Origin: Bifidobacterium breve
Lineage (GTDB): Bacteria; Actinomycetota; Actinomycetes; S36-B12; UBA5976
Length of the DNA stretch: 34,483 nucleotides
Direction of reading: 5' to 3'
Assembly: GCA_945861165.1 (NCBI GenBank)
Contig: CAMATO010000001.1
Location: 1-34,483 of the forward strand
Shown here: positions 27,325 through 34,483 of the stretch, in pieces
Position numbering within the stretch: position 1 is the first letter of the stretch
Layout: each line of letters opens with the position of its first letter
Notes under the pieces: generated by a model
The model's input: the letters and a program-made list of their open reading frames with translations, nothing else
Told to the model about the DNA's origin: nothing
Databases searched by the model: none
Translations under genes and position numbers: made by a program

Positions 27325-30234
27325 TTATCCAGCTTTACTAGAAGAATTCTTTAGAATTTGAGCCAAGTATTTGCCGGTATAACTGCCACTTGATTTGGCA
27401 ATTTGTTCTGGTGTTCCTTGAGCAACAACAGTGCCGCCTCTAAATCCACCTTCAGGCCCCATGTCGATTACCCAATCAGAATTCTTGATTACATCTAAAT
27501 TGTGTTCAATAACAATTACAGTATTTCCAGAATCGACTAATCTTTCTAGAACTCCCAGGAGTTTTCGAACATCTTCGAAATGTAATCCTGTGGTTGGTTC
27601 ATCTAGCACATAAATTGTTCTACCAGTGCTTCGTCTTTGCAATTCTGTAGCGAGCTTTACTCGTTGTGCTTCTCCACCTGAAAGTGTTGGTGCAGATTGA
27701 CCTAGTCGAACATAACCCAATCCCACATCAACAAGTGTCTTTAAGTGTCTAGCGATTGCTGGAACCGATTCAAAAAATACTAAAGCTTGCTCAATTGGCA
27801 TATTTAAAACATCACTTACAGTTTTTCCTTTGTAATGAACTTCTAATGTGTCGCGGTTGTACCGTGCTCCCTGACAAATTTCACATGGAACGTAAACGTC
27901 AGGTAAAAAGTTCATTTCAATTTGGATCGTTCCATCACCAGAACAAGGCTCACATCTTCCACCTTTAACGTTAAAGCTAAATCGTCCTGGCTGATATCCC
28001 CTGATCTTTGCTTCGCTAGTTTCTGCGAAAAGTTTTCGCACGTTATCAAAAACGCCTGTGTATGTCGCAGGGTTACTTCGCGGTGTTCTTCCTATAGGGC
28101 TTTGATCAACATGAACCACTTTGTCTAAATGCTTTATTCCTTCGACTTTTTTGTGTTGTCCAGGAACCACTCTTGCTTGATGAAGATCTCTTGCCAAAGT
28201 TGAATACAGAATGTCATTAACCAAAGTTGATTTACCTGAACCACTAACACCTGTTACGGCAACAAATACACCCAAAGGAAACTCAACAGTAACTTTCTTT
28301 AGGTTATTTTCTTGAGCTTCAACAACTTTGATCATTCTTTCTTTATCTATAGGTCGACGCTTCTTAGGAACAACCACGCTTTTTCTGCCCGAAATGTAGT
28401 CCCCGGTGATTGATTTCTTGTTATTTTCTAAATCTTTAACAGTACCGCTAGAAACAACGTAACCACCATGTTCACCTGCCCCCGGTCCAATATCAACAAC
28501 CCAGTCAGCAGCTCTAATTGTTTCCTCGTCATGTTCAACAACAATCAAGGTATTTCCTAGATTTCTTAGCCTAATTAAAGTGTCAATTAATTTCTTGTTA
28601 TCTCTTTGATGCAAACCGATACTTGGTTCATCCAAAACATAAAGAACACCTACTAGGCCAGAACCAATTTGAGTTGCAAGTCGAATTCTTTGCGCCTCTC
28701 CACCTGAAAGAGTGCCAGCCGCTCGGTCTAAAGATAGATAATCCAAACCCACGTCAAGCAAGAATTGCAATCTTTCAATTACTTCTTTCAATACTCTTTG
28801 AGCAATTGCCATTTCTCTTTTGCCAAGCTTTAGCGAAGTAATAAATTCGGTTACTTCCCCTATAGACATGGCACTCATTTCGGCAATATTTTTGCTGCCG
28901 ATTTTTACTGCCAAAGAAACAGGTTTTAAACGTGCTCCTTTGCAAGTTTTACAAGGTTTCTGGCGCATAAAACCTTCGAGATGTTCACGGGCTGCATCAG
29001 AATCTGATTTTTCATGACGGTTTTGAATATTTCCAATTACACCTTCAAATTCTGTCCAATAAGATCGCAATCTTCCATAGGAATTCTTGTATTTAACATT
29101 TATATTGCTTTCATATCCATACATCAGGGAATATCTATTTTTCTCACTTAACTTTTTGTAAGGAGTATCAAGAGAAAACTTCAGATCTTTGGCAACTGCT
29201 TCAAGAATTTTTGCCCAATATCCGTCGGCCGAATGTGTTGACCAAGGAGCAATTGCGCCTTCACTAATTGATAAATCTTTATTTGGAATTACTAGATCTT
29301 CATCAACTTCTAAATGATTTCCTAACCCGCTACATTCTGGACAAGCACCAAAGGGTGAATTGAATGAGAATGATCTTGGTTCAAGCTGATCAAAAGATAT
29401 TTCACAATTAGTACAGGCTAAATGCTCTGAATAAACTCGCTCTTTATTCTTTGATTTTGCTGGTTCATCAACGAAATCCAAAACAACTGTGCCATTTGCA
29501 AGTCTTAATGCTGTCTCTACAGAGTCTGTAATTCTTTGTCTTGACTCAGCTTTAACGCTTAATCGATCAACAACCACATCAATGTTGTGTTTTTCTTGCT
29601 TCTTTAATACTGGTACTTCAGTTAAAGCATAAGTTTCGCCATCAATTCGAGCTCTAGAAAAACCTTGGGTTTGTAATTCTTTGAATAAATCTTGATATTC
29701 ACCTTTTCGTCCACGAATAACTGGCGCAAGTACTTGAAATTTTGTACCGGCAGTTAATTCCAGAACTTGATCAACAATTTGTTGTGGGGTTTGTCTGTGA
29801 ATTACTACCCCACATTTTGGACAGTGTGGAGTTCCAGCCCTGGCGTATAAAAGTCTTAAGTAATCATGAACTTCGGTAATGGTTCCAACTGTGGAACGGG
29901 GATTTCTATTGGTTGATTTCTGATCGATTGAAACTGCAGGAGATAAGCCTTCAATAAAGTCAACATCGGGTTTGTCCATCTGTCCTAAGAACTGTCTGGC
30001 ATAAGCCGACAAGCTTTCAACATATCTGCGTTGACCTTCAGCAAAAATAGTGTCAAATGCTAGTGAGGATTTTCCTGAACCTGACAAACCTGTGAAAACA
30101 ATCAGAGCATCTCTAGGAAGTTCAAGTGAAATATCTTTTAAGTTGTGCTCTCGGGCACCACGAACAATTAATTTATCTGCAACAGCTGAACCATGTCTTT
30201 TGGTCTCAGTCTTTTTGGGGGTAGTCGCAGTCAT
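27325..30234 (-). CDS. uvrA: excinuclease ABC subunit A
   Basis: 969 aa with two ABC modules ([18 protein letters not shown]; LSGGEAQR twice) and CxxC zinc modules. Confidence 0.95.
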   Translation of the reverse strand: MTATTPKKTETKRHGSAVADKLIVRGAREHNLKDISLELPRDALIVFTGLSGSGKSSLAFDTIFAEGQRRYVESLSAYARQFLGQMDKPDVDFIEGLSPAVSIDQKSTNRNPRSTVGTITEVHDYLRLLYARAGTPHCPKCGVVIHRQTPQQIVDQVLELTAGTKFQVLAPVIRGRKGEYQDLFKELQTQGFSRARIDGETYALTEVPVLKKQEKHNIDVVVDRLSVKAESRQRITDSVETALRLANGTVVLDFVDEPAKSKNKERVYSEHLACTNCEISFDQLEPRSFSFNSPFGACPECSGLGNHLEVDEDLVIPNKDLSISEGAIAPWSTHSADGYWAKILEAVAKDLKFSLDTPYKKLSEKNRYSLMYGYESNINVKYKNSYGRLRSYWTEFEGVIGNIQNRHEKSDSDAAREHLEGFMRQKPCKTCKGARLKPVSLAVKIGSKNIAEMSAMSIGEVTEFITSLKLGKREMAIAQRVLKEVIERLQFLLDVGLDYLSLDRAAGTLSGGEAQRIRLATQIGSGLVGVLYVLDEPSIGLHQRDNKKLIDTLIRLRNLGNTLIVVEHDEETIRAADWVVDIGPGAGEHGGYVVSSGTVKDLENNKKSITGDYISGRKSVVVPKKRRPIDKERMIKVVEAQENNLKKVTVEFPLGVFVAVTGVSGSGKSTLVNDILYSTLARDLHQARVVPGQHKKVEGIKHLDKVVHVDQSPIGRTPRSNPATYTGVFDNVRKLFAETSEAKIRGYQPGRFSFNVKGGRCEPCSGDGTIQIEMNFLPDVYVPCEICQGARYNRDTLEVHYKGKTVSDVLNMPIEQALVFFESVPAIARHLKTLVDVGLGYVRLGQSAPTLSGGEAQRVKLATELQRRSTGRTIYVLDEPTTGLHFEDVRKLLGVLERLVDSGNTVIVIEHNLDVIKNSDWVIDMGPEGGFRGGTVVAQGTPEQIAKSSGSYTGKYLAQILKNSSSKAG

Positions 30235-30262
30235 CTAACAAAGGTTAATGCTTAAGCGCTTT

Positions 30263-31294
30263 TTACGCTTCTTCAACTCCAGGATGATCTCTTTTGATAT
30301 CAGCGATGGCAGTTCCCGCGGCTTTCTGGCCTGGTTTATGTGCAAGTTCTGGATGAAGCTTTGTTTGACGAAGTGAGGCATAAACGGTAATTGCTAACAC
30401 TCCCACGATTACCGCTAGTGAAACTGGAGTCGATATTTCAGGTGCTGATTTGAAGCCATTTTCATGAGCTGCATGAAGTATGAGTTTAACTCCAATGAAA
30501 CCAAGAATTACTGATAAGCCATAAGACAGATAAATCAAACGATCCAGTAGTCCATCAAGCATGAAATACATCTGACGAAGTCCCATAAGTGCAAATGCAT
30601 TAGCAGTAAACACAATGTATGGATCATCAGTTAGTCCAAATATTGCCGGAATTGAATCAAGGGCAAATAAAATATCTGTAGTAAAAATTGCAATCATGAC
30701 AATAAATAAAGGAGTGAAATATTTCTTTCCATCAATTGTTACTCTGAATGCACCTTCGTGATACTTAGGTGTGACAGGTAAATACTTCTCTGCTAACTTC
30801 AAAACTTTGTTTTGAGATGGGTCACTTTCTGTACCATGCTTTGACGCAAGTTTGTAAGCAGTGTAAAGCAAAAATGCACCGAAGATAAAAAAGACCCAAC
30901 TAAATTTGGCGATTGCTGCAGCACCAACAATGATAAACAGGAATCTTAAAACAAGTGCCCCAATAATTCCCACTTGCAAAACTTCTTGTTGATAAATGGC
31001 AGGAACAGCAAAAGCCGAAAGAATAATTACAAAGACAAAGAGGTTGTCAACACTTAAACTGTATTCAGTAATCCATCCTGCAAAAAATTCAATGCCTGCA
31101 TCTTGTCCTTTGATAGTCCAAATACCAATACCAAACAAGATTGCTGCAGCGATATAAACAACTACCCATTTTGCTGCTTCACGAAATTGAACAACATGTG
31201 GATGTCTTTTAGCGTAAATAAATTCTGCGGTGTAAACGGCAAAAAATGCCAAAACTGTGACGACCCAGACCCAAAGTGGTTCTTCCATATTCAT
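30263..31294 (-). CDS. TerC/Alx family integral membrane protein
   Basis: 343 aa and multi-TM, with TerC-type motifs (EYSLSVDNLFVF, DSIPAIFG). Confidence 0.85.
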   Translation of the reverse strand: MNMEEPLWVWVVTVLAFFAVYTAEFIYAKRHPHVVQFREAAKWVVVYIAAAILFGIGIWTIKGQDAGIEFFAGWITEYSLSVDNLFVFVIILSAFAVPAIYQQEVLQVGIIGALVLRFLFIIVGAAAIAKFSWVFFIFGAFLLYTAYKLASKHGTESDPSQNKVLKLAEKYLPVTPKYHEGAFRVTIDGKKYFTPLFIVMIAIFTTDILFALDSIPAIFGLTDDPYIVFTANAFALMGLRQMYFMLDGLLDRLIYLSYGLSVILGFIGVKLILHAAHENGFKSAPEISTPVSLAVIVGVLAITVYASLRQTKLHPELAHKPGQKAAGTAIADIKRDHPGVEEA

Positions 31295-31311
31295 ATTTTC
31301 AATGTATCAAA

Positions 31312-33375
31312 TTAGGCGTGGCCCGCTGCAACCATCTGGCGCAATTCTTTTTTGAGTTCGTGAATTTCGTCACGGTATCGAGCAGCCAGTTCAAAATTCA
31401 ACTCAGAAGCTGCCAATTTCATCTGGGCACTGAGTTCAGTTATCAAATTAGCTAGATCTTGAGCAGGACTAGCACCATCTTTTTTGTCCTTACGCAATTT
31501 TTTGATACTCATGGCTTCTTCCAGCACCATTTCAGTATCAGAATCTTCTTTGATGATTGAGTCGTTGATATCTGAGATCTTCTTACGAAGTGGTGTTGGA
31601 TCTATGCCATTGGCTAAATTGTGTGCAACTTGTCTTTCTCGTCTGCGGTTAGTTTCATCAAGTGCTTTTCGCATTGATTTGGTGATGTTGTCGGCATACA
31701 TAATTACTTGTCCATCCACGTTTCGAGCAGCTCGACCAATAGTTTGAATTAAGGATTTTTCCGACCTTAGGAAGCCTTCTTTATCCGCATCAAGAATGGC
31801 CACTAGAGAAACTTCAGGTAAATCCAAACCTTCACGCAACAAGTTAATTCCCACCAGGCAATCAAATTCACCAATTCTTAATCCTCGCAACAATTCAACT
31901 CGTTTTAAAGTATCGATTTCTGAATGCAAATATCTAACTCTCATATCCTTTTCCAGAAAGTAATCAGTTAAATCTTCTGCCATCTTTTTGGTCAAAGTCG
32001 TTACTAATGTTCTTTGACCTTTCTCAGTTCTTATTTTTATTTCGTGTAGTAAATCATCGATTTGACCTTTTGTTGGTCTCACTTCTACTTCAGGATCAAC
32101 AAGTCCAGTCGGTCTAATTACTTGTTCAACAACTGAGGTCACTTTGCCAAGTTCATAAGGACCAGGGGTAGCGGAGAGATAAACAGTCTGACCAACTCTT
32201 TCTTCAAACTCGGCAAACTTTAGTGGTCGGTTATCCATTGCACTTGGTAGTCGAAATCCGTATTCAACAAGTGTTCTCTTGCGTGATGCATCGCCTTCGT
32301 ACATTCCCCCAATTTGAGGAACTGCAACATGGGATTCATCAATTACTAAAAGAAAATCTTCGGGGAAATAATCCAATAAGCAATTTGGAGCACTACCTGG
32401 AGCGCGATCATCAAAATATCGGGAGTAGTTCTCAATACCTGAACAAAAACCTAATTCTCGAATCATCTCTAAATCAAAAGCAGTTCTCATCTTTATTCTT
32501 TGAGCTTCAAGTAATTTGTTTTGGCTTTCTAATTCTTTAACACGGTGCATCAGTTCTACTTCAATTGCCGAAAGTGCCTTTGCTGTTTGCTCAGGACTTG
32601 CCACATAATGAGTGGCAGGAAAAATAAACATTTCTTCATCATCAGTGAGGATTTCACCTGTTAAAGGATGAAGAGTCATAATGCGTTCAATTTCATCGCC
32701 AAACATTTCAATTCGAACAGGATGTTCCTCATAGGCAGGAAAGATTTCGACAGTGTCGCCTCTAACGCGAAAAGTGCCGCGCTCGAAGGCGTAATCATTT
32801 CGGGTGTATTGGATATCTACTAATTGACGAAGAAGTTTGTCACGAGAAAAATCTTGGTTTTTTCTAATTCGAATTGCTTGCTTTACATATTCTTCAGGGG
32901 TTCCTAATCCATATATACAAGAAACAGTTGCCACAACCACAACATCTCTTCTGGTAAGAAGGGCACTTGTTGCTGAATGTCTCAGTCTTTCTACTTCCTC
33001 ATTAATACTTGAGTCTTTTTCAATGAAGGTATCGGTTTGAGGAACATAGGCTTCAGGTTGGTAATAGTCGTAATAGGAAACGAAATACTCAACAGCATTG
33101 TTAGGAAGCATTTCCCGTAACTCGTTAGCAATTTGTGCAGCAAGAGTTTTATTTGGTTCAATTATTAAAGTTGGTCGCTGTAATTTCTCAATTAACCAAG
33201 CAGTCGTTGCAGATTTTCCAGTACCAGTGGCACCTAACAGCACGACGTGCTTTTCACCTTTGCGGATGCGTTCTTCTAGATCCTTAATTGCTGCAGGCTG
33301 ATCTCCTGCTGGTTCATAATCTGCTTCAACTTTAAAAGGAGCAACAGTTCTAATCAGGTCATTAACTGGTCTCAT
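31312..33375 (-). CDS. uvrB: excinuclease ABC subunit B
   Basis: 687 aa with [12 protein letters not shown], helicase motifs and a C-terminal UVR domain ([14 protein letters not shown]). Confidence 0.95.
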   Translation of the reverse strand: MRPVNDLIRTVAPFKVEADYEPAGDQPAAIKDLEERIRKGEKHVVLLGATGTGKSATTAWLIEKLQRPTLIIEPNKTLAAQIANELREMLPNNAVEYFVSYYDYYQPEAYVPQTDTFIEKDSSINEEVERLRHSATSALLTRRDVVVVATVSCIYGLGTPEEYVKQAIRIRKNQDFSRDKLLRQLVDIQYTRNDYAFERGTFRVRGDTVEIFPAYEEHPVRIEMFGDEIERIMTLHPLTGEILTDDEEMFIFPATHYVASPEQTAKALSAIEVELMHRVKELESQNKLLEAQRIKMRTAFDLEMIRELGFCSGIENYSRYFDDRAPGSAPNCLLDYFPEDFLLVIDESHVAVPQIGGMYEGDASRKRTLVEYGFRLPSAMDNRPLKFAEFEERVGQTVYLSATPGPYELGKVTSVVEQVIRPTGLVDPEVEVRPTKGQIDDLLHEIKIRTEKGQRTLVTTLTKKMAEDLTDYFLEKDMRVRYLHSEIDTLKRVELLRGLRIGEFDCLVGINLLREGLDLPEVSLVAILDADKEGFLRSEKSLIQTIGRAARNVDGQVIMYADNITKSMRKALDETNRRRERQVAHNLANGIDPTPLRKKISDINDSIIKEDSDTEMVLEEAMSIKKLRKDKKDGASPAQDLANLITELSAQMKLAASELNFELAARYRDEIHELKKELRQMVAAGHA

Positions 33376-33376
33376 T

Positions 33377-33973
33377 TTAAGATTTAAAGCTTCTCTCTTG
33401 AAGTGTTTGCCAAATCTTTTCTACATCAACTTCTAGTTGATCAAGGTTTCCATCATTGACTATTAAGAAATCAGCAGCAGCCTTGCGCTCATCATCGCTA
33501 ACCTGTTTAGACATTCGAGCAGTAGCTTGCTCTGCAGTTAATCCCCGTTGGGAAAGTCTTTCGAGTCTATTTTTCTCACTAGAAATAACTATGACTAAAA
33601 AGTCAAAAAGTGATTCCATCTTCTTTTCTAAAAGCAGAGGAATTTCATTTACAATTATGGTCTCTGAAGTGTGTTGATCAATGATCTGATTAGTTTTACT
33701 TCTTACCAAGGGATGAACAATTTTCTCTAAATCTTTCAATGCAGCATCATCTTGAAATACAATTTGAGCCAATTTTGCTCTATCAATGTAGCCTTCAGAA
33801 TTTATAAAGTCTTTACCAAATCGATCAATGACTTGTTGAAAACCTGGTGTTTGAGGTTCTATAACTTGGCGCGCTAATTCATCTGAGCGAATTACTACAG
33901 CACCTTTTTGAGAGAACAAGTCGGCAACGGTGCTTTTTCCAGCACCGATGCCGCCTGTTAATCCAACTTTCAT
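33377..33973 (-). CDS. coaE: dephospho-CoA kinase (kinase domain only)
   Basis: 198 aa with a P-loop GGIGAGKST. It sits between rpsA and uvrB, as in Mycobacterium (Rv1630-Rv1633). Confidence 0.9.
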   Translation of the reverse strand: MKVGLTGGIGAGKSTVADLFSQKGAVVIRSDELARQVIEPQTPGFQQVIDRFGKDFINSEGYIDRAKLAQIVFQDDAALKDLEKIVHPLVRSKTNQIIDQHTSETIIVNEIPLLLEKKMESLFDFLVIVISSEKNRLERLSQRGLTAEQATARMSKQVSDDERKAAADFLIVNDGNLDQLEVDVEKIWQTLQERSFKS

Positions 33974-33992
33974 GTTGGCTTTTAAATCTGAA

Positions 33993-34483
33993 CTAGTTTG
34001 AATCTAGTTTGTCGCTTAAAGCGGCAAGATCAGGGTTAGCAACTTTTCCATCTTTTTCATCTTGCCATTTGGCAAGTGCGTCAGAATATTGCTTTTCCCA
34101 TTCTTTCTTCTGATCTTCAAAACCTGATTTCCATTCGCCAGTTTCAGGATTGAATCCTTCTGGCCCAATGTATTTTCCAGCAGAATCATAAGCAGGTGGC
34201 ATGCCATATGAATATGGATCAAATGAAGCTCTTGCTTCACCTGTTTCGCCAGCTTGCTTAACAGAAAGAGAAATTCTTCTGCGTTCCAAATCAATGTCAA
34301 TGATTTTCACAGTGACTTCTTGATTTACTTGCACAACTTGTTCAGGAATTTCTACTTGATTATCTGAAAGTTCAGAAATGTGCACAAGTCCTTCGATCCC
34401 ATCAGCTACTCGGATGAACGCTCCGAAGGGAACAAGTTTGGTAACTTTTCCAGGAACAACCTGGTTGATTTGGTGTGATCTTG
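33993..34483 (-). CDS. rpsA: 30S ribosomal protein S1, C-terminal part (5' end outside window)
   Basis: The frame is open to the window edge. My translation upstream of the track ORF reads RSHQINQVVPGKVTKLVPFGAFIRVADGIEGLVHISE, a canonical S1 domain. This is followed by RRISLSVKQA and an acidic/aromatic tail. Confidence 0.9.
   Translation of the reverse strand, partial: RSHQINQVVPGKVTKLVPFGAFIRVADGIEGLVHISELSDNQVEIPEQVVQVNQEVTVKIIDIDLERRRISLSVKQAGETGEARASFDPYSYGMPPAYDSAGKYIGPEGFNPETGEWKSGFEDQKKEWEKQYSDALAKWQDEKDGKVANPDLAALSDKLDSN

Noticed and set aside
27564-27580. TTCGAAC-ATC-TTCGAAA, resembling half of the actinobacterial LexA box TCGAAC-N4-GTTCGA
   Set aside because: The second half-site does not match GTTCGA. 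The motif lies deep inside the uvrA coding region near its 3' end. It is two copies of the self-complementary TTCGAA, most likely by chance.
31295-31311. yybP-ykoY (Mn2+) riboswitch, which often precedes TerC/Alx genes
   Set aside because: Only 17 nt separate the uvrB stop from the TerC start, which is far too short for the roughly 100-nt aptamer.

Overview
The window is AT-rich (about 40% G+C by eye), but its gene content and order are clearly actinobacterial: whiA, rbpA, inhA/fabG, sufR-sufBD-Rieske-sufCSU-DUF59, ctaA/ctaB, DUF3099 and DUF5703. It looks like a compacted version of the conserved backbone known from Mycobacterium (Rv1420-Rv1466 plus Rv1630-Rv1638) and Streptomyces. I infer a genome-streamlined actinobacterium, possibly an acI/Nanopelagicales-like planktonic lineage. 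I can support 36 protein-coding genes and one tRNA-Leu(GAG). They include a complete SUF Fe-S assembly operon, haem A/O synthesis (ctaA, ctaB, SURF1), tkt, gap-pgk-tpiA-secG-rbpA, rapZ, whiA, all three excinuclease genes (uvrB, uvrA, uvrC) with an embedded TerC gene, coaE, and the 3' end of rpsA. Coding density is extreme. I see no CRISPR array, IS/transposase, integrase, toxin-antitoxin pair, defence system or secondary-metabolite cluster, and I cannot honestly claim a novel system. The points worth following up are architectural: (1) the usually invariant rapZ-yvcK-whiA triad lacks yvcK, and a motif-dense 107-nt spacer sits in its place; (2) all six convergent junctions have 4 nt of spacer or less, or overlap, one by 45 nt; (3) an ATP-grasp ligase follows ctaB after a 3-nt gap; (4) the tal-zwf-opcA-pgl block normally following tkt is absent; (5) there is one orphan ORF and a Nudix-like gene with a degenerate Nudix box abutting a VKOR gene; (6) several short palindromes and repeats lie in the few real intergenic spacers.
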